A stretch of 64,000 nt of DNA from Alkalispirochaeta sp. (GTDB taxonomy: Bacteria; Spirochaetota; Spirochaetia; DSM-27196; Alkalispirochaetaceae): positions 2,784,001-2,848,000 of the forward strand of contig OZ271854.1 in the NCBI GenBank assembly GCA_965601925.1, given 5' to 3'. The notes below the pieces were generated by a model that worked only from the letters and a program-made list of their open reading frames with translations, was not told the origin of the DNA and ran no database searches. Below are positions 9,835 to 19,933 of the stretch, piece after piece. Both the position numbers and the translations under genes were made by a program. How positions within the stretch are numbered: position 1 is the first letter of the stretch; each line of letters opens with the position of its first letter.

Positions 9835-11568
9835 CTACGCCTCCGCGACTGAACTCTCCGTTTCGATGGGCATACGGCGCCGCGTCATATGGTCGGCGCC
9901 GATCTCCGGACTCTCGAGTCGCCGATTTGCCGCGTCGGGGTCGCCGTTCGCCACCACGCGATCGATGCCGAAACGACCGAAGGAGTAAAGCGTCCCCAAT
10001 GTGAGGGTCGTGAGGGCGACCAACAACAGTGCCGGCGGCGCCGCTTGGGTGTATACCGCATCGTTCGACGCCTCCCAGATACGAACCGGCAACGTATCGA
10101 ATCCGGGGGGACGCAGTATGACCAACAACGGCAACTCTTTCATCGCCGTCACGAATGCGAGCGCCCACGCCGACAGGAGTCCGGGCGCCGCGAGGGGAAT
10201 CGTCACCCGCCGCATCGTCGTCCACGGACCGTACCCCATCGTTCGCGCCGCGGATTCGAGATTGGGCGATACCATGCGCAGGGTCGCCTCGCCGAGCGTC
10301 ACGGTTTGCGGCAAAAGGCGGAACGCCGACGCCAAAATCAGGGCGCCCAGAGTAGCGTAAATCGGTGTGCGGATGAAGAGCATCAAGAAGCCGAGGCCGA
10401 CGATCATCCCCGGAAGCGCGAAGGCGGTTTTACTCAAGTAAGTTACTATCTTCGCGTAGCGTCCCCCGCTTCGGACGCGTAGTATCGCCGGTAGGAGCGC
10501 CAGTAACACCGCGATGGTCGCGCCGCAGACCGCCAAGACGAGGCTGTTCCATCCGGATCGCCAGATGCTCAAAGCGCCCACGCGCCATATGCGGTCCACG
10601 TCGGTCGGTGCCGCGACGCCCCGTACGGTGAGGCCGGTCAGAACGGCGAGGGGAATGAAGAGTGAAAGCGTCGCCAGCGTAGCGATGAAGGCGGTCGCCG
10701 GCCCCCGCCATCGTCCGAGCGAGATCGGGCTCTGCGGACGCCAATGCGCTCCCCGTGTGTATCGACGATCGCCGCGATGGACTACGTTCTCGATCGCGAG
10801 GAGCGGTAGGCTTAGTCCGATGAGACCCACGCTGATGACCGACGCCGCGGTTCGCCCGATCTCACCGGCGAACTCGCGGAAAATCGCCGTCGTGAAGGTC
10901 TGGTAACGCATGAGAGAGACCGTACCGAAGTCGGACAACACATACAGCGCAACGAGGAGCACGCCGCCGGCGACGGCATGTAAAAGCAACGGAACGGTCA
11001 CGGCGAAAAAGGTCTGGAGGCGTGTACGCCCCGCAACGCGCGCCGCGTCTTCGAACGAGGCGTCCAGGACGCGCAAGGTCCCCCCGACGGCCAAGAACAC
11101 CAACGGGAACGAGTAGAGACTCATCACGACCGCGACACCCCACGTTCCGAAAAGCGGCGGAAGAGGAAACTCCCCGTGGGCGAATCCGAAGTACTGCATT
11201 GCGATCCGGTCCACAAATCCGCCGCGGCGCAGGAGAAACATGTAGCAGACCGCCAAAACGTATCCGGGAATCGCCAGGGGCAGACAGAGAAGCCAGCGCC
11301 ACGCGGAACGAGCCGGTATATCGGTACGCTCCACAAGCCACGCCGCCGAAACGCCCAGGACGGTCGTTACCCCGCCGACCGCCGCCACCAAAGCGGCGGT
11401 ACGACGTATCAGCTCCGGGAGTCGACTCGATACAAGGCGCTGCCATAGTACGCCGTCGGCCTGGGACGCATGATACCCGATGTAGATGAGAGGAGTCGCG
11501 GCGAACAGACAAACGGCCGTTGCCGCCACGGTAAGCCAAGCTCTGGGCCGTCGCATAGCGGAGCGCAC
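9835..11568 (-). CDS. Iron ABC transporter permease (FbpB-like, two TM domains)
   Basis: Two EAA-like loops ('FEDAARVAG', 'LESAARTMG'), 'LSDFGTV', 'MKELPL'; GGAGG before GTG 11568. Confidence 0.88.
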   Translation of the reverse strand: MRSAMRRPRAWLTVAATAVCLFAATPLIYIGYHASQADGVLWQRLVSSRLPELIRRTAALVAAVGGVTTVLGVSAAWLVERTDIPARSAWRWLLCLPLAIPGYVLAVCYMFLLRRGGFVDRIAMQYFGFAHGEFPLPPLFGTWGVAVVMSLYSFPLVFLAVGGTLRVLDASFEDAARVAGRTRLQTFFAVTVPLLLHAVAGGVLLVALYVLSDFGTVSLMRYQTFTTAIFREFAGEIGRTAASVISVGLIGLSLPLLAIENVVHRGDRRYTRGAHWRPQSPISLGRWRGPATAFIATLATLSLFIPLAVLTGLTVRGVAAPTDVDRIWRVGALSIWRSGWNSLVLAVCGATIAVLLALLPAILRVRSGGRYAKIVTYLSKTAFALPGMIVGLGFLMLFIRTPIYATLGALILASAFRLLPQTVTLGEATLRMVSPNLESAARTMGYGPWTTMRRVTIPLAAPGLLSAWALAFVTAMKELPLLVILRPPGFDTLPVRIWEASNDAVYTQAAPPALLLVALTTLTLGTLYSFGRFGIDRVVANGDPDAANRRLESPEIGADHMTRRRMPIETESSVAEA

Positions 11569-11652
11569 GCTACCTCCGCGGCGCTCGGCCGCGGGCGACG
11601 CCGTGACGGTTGCCGGGATGACGCCGAGCGCACTTGGAAAGGGCGGAATGCC

Positions 11653-12729
11653 TCACGGCATGCCGGTCTGTCGCACCTGTTCCCGCGCGACCGGGATGCC
11701 GTCGACCATCGTTTTCAGGTTGATGTCGGCCAAGCGAAACCGACTCGGATCGGGTACACCGTCGGCGAGGGGAATGCCGGGTACGATCGGCCACTCGAAG
11801 TTCCCTTGCGCGTATATCGTCTGTCCCGTTTCCGATAGCATGAAATCGACGAATAGTCGGGAGAGCTCGAGCTCGGTGCCGTCGGTTCCTTGAAGGATAC
11901 CGATGTTGGTCGAGTTGACGATCAGTCCGGGCTCGTCGTCTCCCTGGTCGGGCCAGACAATGCCGACCGGCGCGCCCTCGGCGAGGGACAAAAAGTAGTA
12001 GTAGTGGTTAACCAATCCCAACGCCACCTCGCCCGTACCCACGGCTCTGCGAATATCGGTATGGCTTCCGGAGAAGAGCGTCTCATTGGCGACCAGTCCA
12101 CGCAACCAATCGATCGTCGCGTCCTCGCCGACCATTCGATTGAGCGCGACGATCGTGCCCATCATCGCACCGTTTGTGGTGTTCGCCGAGCCCAGTCGCC
12201 CCTGCCATTGCGGATCGGCCAGGCCCGCGAGGGATGTCGGCACCTCGTCGGCACTCAACAGGTCTGTGTTGTACATGATGATGCGACCTCGGAGCGTGAG
12301 AGCCGCCCAACTGCCGTCATCGGCGCGATATTGCTCCGGGATAGATGCCACCACAGGCGAATCGTTGGGAACGAACACGTCGTTTTCTCCCAGATTCTCC
12401 ATCGTAAGTGTATCGCTGTTGACGAATACGTTGGCCTGTGGATTGGCGCGCTCCTCCAAGATACGCGCGCCGAGCGCACTGTTGCTTCCGCGCACCACGA
12501 CCACGCCGATCTCGGGATACTGCTCGTTGAAGCCGGCCAGTACGTTGTTGATCAACGCCTCGCTGCGGGTCGTGTAGAGCACGATTTCGCCGGTGGGAAC
12601 GCCGCTCCCGGTTGTCGGCTCCTCCCGCCCGCCGCCGGCAAAGAGCGATGCCGCCGCGGAAATGAACACCACTATATAGAATACGCGGGACACCCCATGG
12701 GGGCGCCGCGTCATGCGATTTAGAGACAT
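11653..12729 (-). CDS. Iron ABC transporter solute-binding protein (FbpA/FutA-like)
   Basis: 'LYTTRSE', iron-ligand-type 'VNHYYY' motif, signal peptide, GGAGG RBS; first gene of the operon. Confidence 0.85.
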   Translation of the reverse strand: MSLNRMTRRPHGVSRVFYIVVFISAAASLFAGGGREEPTTGSGVPTGEIVLYTTRSEALINNVLAGFNEQYPEIGVVVVRGSNSALGARILEERANPQANVFVNSDTLTMENLGENDVFVPNDSPVVASIPEQYRADDGSWAALTLRGRIIMYNTDLLSADEVPTSLAGLADPQWQGRLGSANTTNGAMMGTIVALNRMVGEDATIDWLRGLVANETLFSGSHTDIRRAVGTGEVALGLVNHYYYFLSLAEGAPVGIVWPDQGDDEPGLIVNSTNIGILQGTDGTELELSRLFVDFMLSETGQTIYAQGNFEWPIVPGIPLADGVPDPSRFRLADINLKTMVDGIPVAREQVRQTGMP

Positions 12730-12773
12730 GGACGAGTCCTCCTGAATGCGTTGGTATTAATTCGACCCAACAC

Positions 12774-12791
12774 AGTTAGTTTTGTCTAACT
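12774..12791. promoter_or_regulatory. Palindromic operator upstream of iron ABC operon (DtxR/MntR-family-like)
   Basis: AGTTAG-TTTTGT-CTAACT, 45 bp upstream of the SBP start. Confidence 0.5.
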
Positions 12792-12939
12792 TACAAGCCG
12801 TCCCCGCAACGCGTCAAGACGGCGTACGAAAAACGTGCGTATCCGTCCGCACCTTTCGAGTGTCGGGAATGGCCGAGACGCGGAACGCGGACCCGCGCCC
12901 CGGAATCTTCGGGAATCACTTCGAACGGCGAGAAAATCG

Positions 12940-12999
12940 TTGACAGTTCGGTTTGGTGCGGGTAAGGTGGAACTAAACCGGTATAGTAAACTGGTTTAG
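12940..12999 (+). promoter_or_regulatory. Sugar ABC promoter with two tandem LacI-type operators
   Basis: TTGACA(12940)-17-TAAGGT(12963), then CTAAACCGGTATAG (12973-12986) and GTAAACTGGTTTAG (12986-12999). Confidence 0.7.
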
Positions 13000-13045
13000 C
13001 AACGATGGAGTGCGCGTCGTGCACTCCGAAAAAAGGAGAACAGGT

Positions 13046-14293
13046 ATGAAAAAGATCGCAGTCCTCACATTGACGATGCTTGTGGTCGCCGGCATGGTCT
13101 TTGCCGCCGGTGGCCAGGAGTCGGGCGGAAGCATCCGGCTCGTACAGAATAAGCCGGAGATCGATGCGATGCTCCAGGCGTACGGACAGCTGTGGGCGGA
13201 ACGCACCGGCGTCGACGTAACGGTTACATCGGTCGGCGGCGGCACGGGAACGACCGTTGGACAGCAGCTGCGTGCCGATTTCGCTGCGGGCGAAATGCCC
13301 GATATCTTCGTTATCTCGGGGCTCGAGACCTACCGCGAGTGGGAGAGTCTGATTCTTGACCTTTCCGACCAGCGCTGGGTCCAGGACACGGCGGTTCCCT
13401 TTGAGATCGACGGTACCGTCTACGGATTTCCCGTCGCCATCGAGGGATGGGGCATGGCGTACAACGTCGATGTTCTCCAGGCCGCCGGCGTCGATCCGTC
13501 GACCCTCACCAACTTGGCCGGATATCGTGCCGCCTTTGCCAGAATCGACGCCATGAGGGACGAACTCGGTCTCGACTCCGTCGTCTCGATGGCCGCCTCC
13601 TTGGATATGGGATGGGTGACGGCGCATCATAACTTCAACAGCCTTCTCTCAAACGGCCTGCCCTACGGCGATCTGAGCGTCGTCAACGCCCTTCTCGAGG
13701 GAAATGTTGACGCCCAGCGGTTGGCGGAGTACGCCGATTGGGTAGAGCTGCTCTTTCAGTACGCCGATCCGGCGGTCCTTACCACCGGTAACTACGACGC
13801 TCAGGTCGGCGCCTTTGCCGCCGGACGGGCCGCGTTCCTGCACCAGGGCAACTGGGTTGACCCCAACATGGCCGCCGCGAACGTCGATTTCGAGATCGCC
13901 TTCGCGCCCCACGGCTCGATGGAAGCGGAGACCGACGGCATCTTCGTCGCCGCGCCAACGTTCTACGTTATCAACGCTGAGTCGGACAATGTCGAGGCCG
14001 CCCAGCAGTTTCTGGAGGACATGGTCTATACCGAAGAGGGACAGAATTTCATGGTGAACGAGGCGGGTATGATTCCTGCGTTTGCCAACGTCGAAATGAA
14101 CCCCACGGGTCAGTTGTCGCGGTCGGTACAGGAATGGGCCGCCGAGGGTAAAGTCTTCTCGTGGAGTCAGTACTACTTTACCGACAACTTCCGCGATCAG
14201 ACCTTGGCGCCGATCTACAACCGATTTGCCGCCGGCCAGATCGAGAAGGATCAGTTCATCGCCCTCATGACCGAGGCCTTCGAGAATCGCTAA
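13046..14293 (+). CDS. Carbohydrate ABC transporter solute-binding protein
   Basis: Signal peptide 'MKKIAV..FAAGGQE', 'QNKPEI', 'MPDIF', 'YGFPVAIEGWG', 'HQGNW'; AGGAG RBS. Confidence 0.92.
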   Translation: MKKIAVLTLTMLVVAGMVFAAGGQESGGSIRLVQNKPEIDAMLQAYGQLWAERTGVDVTVTSVGGGTGTTVGQQLRADFAAGEMPDIFVISGLETYREWESLILDLSDQRWVQDTAVPFEIDGTVYGFPVAIEGWGMAYNVDVLQAAGVDPSTLTNLAGYRAAFARIDAMRDELGLDSVVSMAASLDMGWVTAHHNFNSLLSNGLPYGDLSVVNALLEGNVDAQRLAEYADWVELLFQYADPAVLTTGNYDAQVGAFAAGRAAFLHQGNWVDPNMAAANVDFEIAFAPHGSMEAETDGIFVAAPTFYVINAESDNVEAAQQFLEDMVYTEEGQNFMVNEAGMIPAFANVEMNPTGQLSRSVQEWAAEGKVFSWSQYYFTDNFRDQTLAPIYNRFAAGQIEKDQFIALMTEAFENR

Positions 14294-14302
14294 CTCCATC
14301 TA

Positions 14303-14329
14303 CGGGCGTCCGTGTATCGCGGGCGCCCG
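14303..14329 (+). other. Intercistronic stem-loop after SBP gene
   Basis: CGGGCGTCCGTG-TAT-CGCGGGCGCCCG (12-bp stem including G-U pairs); typical position for stabilising the SBP part of the mRNA. Confidence 0.5.
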
Positions 14330-14343
14330 ACTGGGAGACCGTC

Positions 14344-15267
14344 ATGCGAAAACTTCAAAAGAATAACCTTACCTTCTGGACTTTTCTGGCGCCGGTTTTG
14401 TTCGCATTTGCGATGGTCGTCGTCATTCCGTTCTTCATCGGTGTGTACTACTCGTTTACCGACTGGAATGCGACGGCGCGTACCGGCGATGGGCTTACGT
14501 GGGTGGGACTCCGGAACTTCATTGGTAGTTTTACCGACCCTTCGTTCCTCTACTCGTTCATCATCACGACGATCTATACCGTCGTTAACGTCGCGGTGAT
14601 CAACGCCGTAGCGATCCTCGTCGCCCTCGCGGTGACCAGCCGTCTCAAGTTCCGTAACGCCTACCGCATGGGCTTTTTCATCCCCTACCTTATCGGTGGG
14701 CTCATTCTGGGCTACCTGTGGCAGTTCATCTTCAATAACGCCGTACCCGCCATCGGAGAGGGACTCGGCGGAATCTTCAGCGGTCTGGCCGACCCCGATC
14801 GGCTGATGCTGGGAAGCGTTCCCACCGCTATGCTCGCCCTCGTAATCGTCGGCAGCTGGCAGTACGCGGGGTACATCATGATGATCTACGTGGCCGCGAT
14901 CGAGGGCGTACCCGGGGAGCTGTACGAGGCGGCGCGAATCGACGGCGCCTCACCCTGGCAGCAGTTCCGAACCATCACCGTTCCGATGATCGCCCAAGCC
15001 TTCACGATCACAATGTTTCTCACGCTCGTAAACTCGTTCAAACAGTTCGACGTGAACTTTTCCCTCACCGGCGGCGGCCCGGCCACCGCATTCATGGATC
15101 AATCGATTTTCGGAACGGAGCTGTTGGCGATGAACATCTATAACACCGCCTTCGTCGGAAACGACCTCGCGGCGGGACAGGCTCGTGCGGTGATCTTTTT
15201 CATCGTGATCGTCGTGTTCTCGTTAGTACAGGTGTCATACAACAAGCGCAAAGAGTTGGAGATGTGA
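14344..15267 (+). CDS. Carbohydrate ABC transporter permease
   Basis: 'YSFTDWN', 'ELYEAARIDGASPWQQFRTITVP', 'FKQFD..LTGGGP'. Confidence 0.93.
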   Translation: MRKLQKNNLTFWTFLAPVLFAFAMVVVIPFFIGVYYSFTDWNATARTGDGLTWVGLRNFIGSFTDPSFLYSFIITTIYTVVNVAVINAVAILVALAVTSRLKFRNAYRMGFFIPYLIGGLILGYLWQFIFNNAVPAIGEGLGGIFSGLADPDRLMLGSVPTAMLALVIVGSWQYAGYIMMIYVAAIEGVPGELYEAARIDGASPWQQFRTITVPMIAQAFTITMFLTLVNSFKQFDVNFSLTGGGPATAFMDQSIFGTELLAMNIYNTAFVGNDLAAGQARAVIFFIVIVVFSLVQVSYNKRKELEM

Positions 15268-16118
15268 TGAGAAAGGCACGTTTATACCTTATAGAGGCCG
15301 TTGCGCTCGCAGCCCTCGTCGTCTATCTCTATCCGTTTTTGATCGTCCTGATCAACTCCGCCAAGGATTCGTTCAGCGTCACGCAGTTCCCGATGCGATT
15401 ACCGGAAAACTGGGGCCAGTTATTCGTCAACATCGGTACGATCTGGGTGAGTCCCAATATCCGTTACGGCTCCTCGTTCGTCTCCTCGGTACTCATCACC
15501 GCCATATCTTTGGTGGTGGTGACCTTCTTCCCGGCTCAAGCGGGATGGGTGTTGGTACGAACCAAGACGCGCACCTCACAGATCATCTTTCTCGTGTTCG
15601 TGGCCGCGATGGTCATTCCGTTTCAGATCGTGATGTTTCCCCTCGTCTCGTGGTTCCGTACGGTCTTCGAGATTACCGGGATACGCTTGCTGCGCACCTA
15701 CTTCGGCATCGTCCTGGCGTATCTGGGATTCGGGTTGTCTCTGTCGGTCTTCATGTACCACGGGTTCATTAAGAACATCCCTTACGAGTTGGAAGAGGCG
15801 GCGATAATCGACGGGTGTCGCAAACCGGAGGTATTCTATCGCATCATCTTCCCGCTTCTGACGCCGGTACATGCGACGATCGGTATCCTGCACGGTATGT
15901 GGATTTGGAACGACTTTCTGTTGCCGCTGTTGGTGCTCGGAAAGGGTAATCGAATTCAGACGCTTCCATTGGCGGTTGCCAATTTCGCCGGAGCGTTTGT
16001 TAAGCAGTGGGATCTCATTCTGACCGCGATTCTTATGGCGATGGTGCCGGTGTTGATCTTCTTCTTCATTGCCCAAAAGCGCATTATTAAGGGAATGGTG
16101 GCGGGCTCTATCAAATAG
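15267..16118 (+). CDS. Carbohydrate ABC transporter permease
   Basis: 'IPYELEEAAIIDG', 'WIWNDFLLPL', 'TLPL'; TGATG coupling with the previous gene. Confidence 0.93.
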   Translation: MRKARLYLIEAVALAALVVYLYPFLIVLINSAKDSFSVTQFPMRLPENWGQLFVNIGTIWVSPNIRYGSSFVSSVLITAISLVVVTFFPAQAGWVLVRTKTRTSQIIFLVFVAAMVIPFQIVMFPLVSWFRTVFEITGIRLLRTYFGIVLAYLGFGLSLSVFMYHGFIKNIPYELEEAAIIDGCRKPEVFYRIIFPLLTPVHATIGILHGMWIWNDFLLPLLVLGKGNRIQTLPLAVANFAGAFVKQWDLILTAILMAMVPVLIFFFIAQKRIIKGMVAGSIK

Positions 16119-16171
16119 GGTGGGGCTCTTGCGAAGTTGCATTTTGTAAGAGCCTCAATATCGGGTCGAAG

Positions 16172-16248
16172 TCATAATTACATACATGGTATGTAATTAT
16201 GATTCTAAAGGTCCTGACAATTTAAAAAAACGAAGTTTTTTGAAATTG
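16172..16248. repeat. Two AT-rich 31-bp inverted repeats upstream of the LacI gene
   Basis: TCATAATTACATAC-ATG-GTATGTAATTATGA (16172-16202, perfect) and CAATTTAAAAAAAC-GAA-GTTTTTTGAAATTG (16218-16248, 13/14). Confidence 0.75.
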
Positions 16249-16275
16249 CCTGGGACACACTGGAGAGGCGGTTGG

Positions 16276-17322
16276 ATGGCACGCGTTACCATCAAAGATA
16301 TTGCTCGCATTTCGGGCTACTCAAAGACCACGGTGTCGTTTGCCTTCAACGATCCCAAGCGAATCGGGAAGGAGACGCGCGAAAAGATCGTCCGCATCGC
16401 CGAGGATCTCGGCTACGTCCCCGATCCGGTGGCGCGCAACTTAAGCCTGCGCCGCCAAGGTACGATCGGGCTGCTTCTGCCCGAGGTGATCTCCTTCGCC
16501 TTCTTCAATCCCTATCTGTCGCAGATTGTGCAAGGGATCGGCGAAGTGTGCGAGCGGGAGAACTACTCGCTTACCTTGATTCCTCCGATTCGCGAGTCCC
16601 TCATGGAGGGCGTGCGCCGCGCCGCCGTCGACGGGCTGATTACCATCGGGCTCGAGCCGGGGATGGAGACGGTCGATTTCATTCGACGACGCCATCTACC
16701 GTTCGTCGCCATCGACGGACGTGTCGGGGGCGGTTTTCCGGTCGTGAGTATCGATGATCGAGGGGCGGCCGCGACGGCGATGCGTCATGTGCTGGAGTTG
16801 GGTCACCGGAAGATTGCGGTCGTGGCCTTCTGTGAGGAGCCGCGTGTCAGCACGGGGTCGTACGTCAAAGCGGAACGGCTGGCCGGGTATCGCGAGGCGC
16901 TCGGGGAGATCGATACTGCGTTGATCGATGAGACTTCGTACGTCTACGCGGTCTCGTCTCTCGACGGAGGACGGCAGGCGGCGCAGGTGCTCCTGGACGG
17001 CCGACGACAACCCACTGCAATTATCGCAATGAGCGACATTCTTGCCCTGGGAATCATGGAGCAGCTCGAGGAATACGATATCGCGGTTCCCAAGGACATC
17101 ACCGTCGTCGGATTCGACGACATTCCCGAAGCGCGTCTGGTGCGACCGCGTCTTACGACGGTCTCGCAACCGGGATACGATAAGGGACGCCACGCCGCAG
17201 ATAGCCTGATGACCTTAATTGTCGACGAGAAGGACGGGCCGGGGCATATCGTCCTTAATACGGAGCTGGTGGTACGTGATTCCTCGGGTTCCTGCAACAC
17301 GGTGCCGCTTACACGGGGATAG
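16276..17322 (+). CDS. LacI family transcriptional regulator
   Basis: 'VTIKDIARISGYSKTTVS', 'LGYVPD..ARNL', 'VPKDITVVGFDD', 'LTTVSQP'. Confidence 0.95.
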   Translation: MARVTIKDIARISGYSKTTVSFAFNDPKRIGKETREKIVRIAEDLGYVPDPVARNLSLRRQGTIGLLLPEVISFAFFNPYLSQIVQGIGEVCERENYSLTLIPPIRESLMEGVRRAAVDGLITIGLEPGMETVDFIRRRHLPFVAIDGRVGGGFPVVSIDDRGAAATAMRHVLELGHRKIAVVAFCEEPRVSTGSYVKAERLAGYREALGEIDTALIDETSYVYAVSSLDGGRQAAQVLLDGRRQPTAIIAMSDILALGIMEQLEEYDIAVPKDITVVGFDDIPEARLVRPRLTTVSQPGYDKGRHAADSLMTLIVDEKDGPGHIVLNTELVVRDSSGSCNTVPLTRG

Positions 17323-17352
17323 CGGCGCGTCGGAGAGAGGTGCTTCTTCCGG

Positions 17353-18579
17353 TCAGTCGCCTCGCTGGCGATACCACAACCGGAGCGCCGGCTCGAGTTC
17401 GTCGGCACCGCTCGCTCGTACCAGATGGGGTGCGACGACCTGGGCCAGCGCCTCGTTCCAATAACGAGGCAGCGTGGCGGGAATGACGACCGCCTCGGGG
17501 TGCGGTATGCGCCCGGCGAGCTCCGGGTAAATCTCGGTCGCCATCGCGCGATTCACCTCCGGGAGCGTAGAAAACCCATCGAGCACGCCGAAGCTGTCTA
17601 CCCGCTGGACGAGCTTCTCGGTGATGATGGAGAGCTGGACGTCGGGAGTCGTGAGCCAGCTCAGGAAACGCACTGCGTCGGGAAGGCGTTCGGTGCCGGA
17701 CGGAATGCCGCCGTACACAACCGATTCATCGGCCACGATCCGTCCCTCCGGACCGGCGAGCCACGCAAAATCGTATCGGCGCTCGTCGAAGAAATCCCAC
17801 CCGAACAGTTCGTTGGACGGCAGATAGATAAGGCCGACGCGCGCCGTATCGAGCTGTCGTCGCGGTGGATCGTACAGGTAGCGTTCGGTATACTGTGCCT
17901 CCTCCTCGCGTGAGCCGTTCCACCGCTGTTGCCACGCGCGCACCGTTGCGAGAGCCTCGTCCAACGCCTCAGCGTCCCATGCCGGCGATCCCGCCCCATC
18001 GACCGTCGCATGAAATCCCAAGCTGCGGTGCACGGCGTACATTGCCGAGGGGTCGGAGCCGGGGGCGAAGAAGACCGGCGGAACTTGTTGTCCCGCCGAG
18101 CGTTCACCGATCTCCTCCAGGCTCATCGAAAAGCGATCCCGTGGATCGGTACCGTCGGACAAGAAGAGGAGTCCCGGCAGATTGAACGAGAGGGGAATCC
18201 AGTACGGACTCGCGTCCAACAACGCCCGTGGGACCCGCACCGCAAAACGAGCGCCGCGTGCGCGCCCGGCTTGCGAATCGAGAGCGGGATAACTGTAGGC
18301 CGAATGCGGTTCCATCAGGCCGTTGACCGACGGATTGTTCACCCACCGCCCGATCACGACATCCGCCTCGAGCCGCTGCTGGGTAAGCGTCTCCGTCAAG
18401 TTATCGACGTAGCGAAAGTAGACCGGCGTATTCGCATCCCTGTTGTAAAGCTCCACAATGAACGCGACTTCCGCGACGTCGCTCCAAATCACTAATGGGC
18501 GCTCCTCGCGAGCACAGGAGCTCAGGATCGCGAGATACAGGATAAGGGCGACACCAAGACGCCGTCCGACGGCGATCAA
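17353..18579 (-). CDS. Putative lipoprotein, divergent solute-binding-protein-like
   Basis: Lipobox-like 'LSSC'; 'WIPLSFNLP', 'AVRFLSWL'; start overlaps the aminotransferase stop. Confidence 0.65.
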   Translation of the reverse strand: MIAVGRRLGVALILYLAILSSCAREERPLVIWSDVAEVAFIVELYNRDANTPVYFRYVDNLTETLTQQRLEADVVIGRWVNNPSVNGLMEPHSAYSYPALDSQAGRARGARFAVRVPRALLDASPYWIPLSFNLPGLLFLSDGTDPRDRFSMSLEEIGERSAGQQVPPVFFAPGSDPSAMYAVHRSLGFHATVDGAGSPAWDAEALDEALATVRAWQQRWNGSREEEAQYTERYLYDPPRRQLDTARVGLIYLPSNELFGWDFFDERRYDFAWLAGPEGRIVADESVVYGGIPSGTERLPDAVRFLSWLTTPDVQLSIITEKLVQRVDSFGVLDGFSTLPEVNRAMATEIYPELAGRIPHPEAVVIPATLPRYWNEALAQVVAPHLVRASGADELEPALRLWYRQRGD

Positions 18580-19871
18580 GCGAGCGCTTCCGCGGCGCGG
18601 AAGATCTCTTCATACAGTTCCGGGAGATCCGCGGCGTCGATGCCGGCAAAGGCGATGCGAAGGTAGCGATCCTTCACGGCGATCGTCCCTACGCCGCGCT
18701 CCAAAAGGGCGCGACGAAGCGCCTCGGCGCTCTGACCGACACACCGAAAGCTCATAAAGTACCCGGAGTTACACGGTAGGGGCTGCAGGGAGGGCGCGCG
18801 ACCGGCGTCGCGTTGACCCTCTAGTATACCTTGGAGCGTCGTGAAACGGCCCCGGAGCAACTCGTACGCCTCGCGCTTCTGGTCGTAATAATCCGTATGG
18901 TTGAGGGCCCGTAGGAGAAGGGATTGGGAAAGCATGCTCGAGTTGCTGACCATGGAGCGGACGGCGCCGGTAAGCTTCTGCTCGACGGCGCGGGCGTGGT
19001 CGTCGGTCATGCCTTGGAAGGCGATGGTTACGAACCCTACGCGAAAACCCCATACATAGTCCTCCTTCGTCGCGCCGTCGACCTTGACGGCCAGGAGGTT
19101 CGGGTGCGCGGAGGCGAGGAGGCTGAAGATCGACTGCGGAAACACGTCGGATTCGTAAAAGAGCCCGAAGTACGCATCATCGCATATCACGACCACGGGT
19201 ACCGAGTCGGCGACGGCGAGTAACGTATCTTTGATGAACGCCGCATCGTCGGCGGTCGGTGTGAATCCGGCCGGATTGTTGGGGAAATTGAGTAGCACCG
19301 TGAGACGGCCCGTCTCGGCGACGCGGCGAACGCCTTCCGCAAATCCGCCGCGGTTGAACGTCCCCGACTCGTCGAAGAAAGGGAACTCCTGCATGCGACA
19401 GCGTCGACGTTCGCCGAACATCAAGTTGTAATTACCCCAGAAAAGATCGGGGAGGAGGAGCACCTCGTCGGCGTCGGTAAACAGATCCGCCGCGACCATG
19501 AGACCGGCGGTCAGACCGGGCACGACCATCGGATTGGTGGTCGTCACGCCCTCCAGCGACGGGTTCTTACGGACCATCTCCTGCCTCCAGCGCGCTCGGA
19601 GAGCGCCGACCCCGCCGGTGGGAGCGTAGGCGACAGACTCGGCGGTGGGTACGTTCTGGACTAAGCCGCGAATCAGCGGAAGCGTCATCGGTACACCGTC
19701 GGCATACGCCATCCCGACCGTCGCATTGAAACGGTGCGCGCGCTCCTTGGCCTCCGCCGCCTGCGCCACGATGCCCTTTGGGAAGTACATGCGGCGCCCC
19801 AAGTCGGAGAGCACGGTAGAGACGATCGTGTCGGCCAGTTGTGTGTTGAGCTGTTCCGCCAGAGTGTTCAT
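18576..19871 (-). CDS. Class I/II PLP-dependent aminotransferase
   Basis: 'LNFPNNPAGFTP', 'CDDAYFGL', PLP lysine in 'DGATKEDYVWGFRVG'. Confidence 0.92.
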   Translation of the reverse strand: MNTLAEQLNTQLADTIVSTVLSDLGRRMYFPKGIVAQAAEAKERAHRFNATVGMAYADGVPMTLPLIRGLVQNVPTAESVAYAPTGGVGALRARWRQEMVRKNPSLEGVTTTNPMVVPGLTAGLMVAADLFTDADEVLLLPDLFWGNYNLMFGERRRCRMQEFPFFDESGTFNRGGFAEGVRRVAETGRLTVLLNFPNNPAGFTPTADDAAFIKDTLLAVADSVPVVVICDDAYFGLFYESDVFPQSIFSLLASAHPNLLAVKVDGATKEDYVWGFRVGFVTIAFQGMTDDHARAVEQKLTGAVRSMVSNSSMLSQSLLLRALNHTDYYDQKREAYELLRGRFTTLQGILEGQRDAGRAPSLQPLPCNSGYFMSFRCVGQSAEALRRALLERGVGTIAVKDRYLRIAFAGIDAADLPELYEEIFRAAEALA

Positions 19872-19933
19872 GGGAAAGACTATAAACGGTATGCGAATTG
19901 ACGGTAAAGGTCGCTATAGCGTAAGGTATTTGA

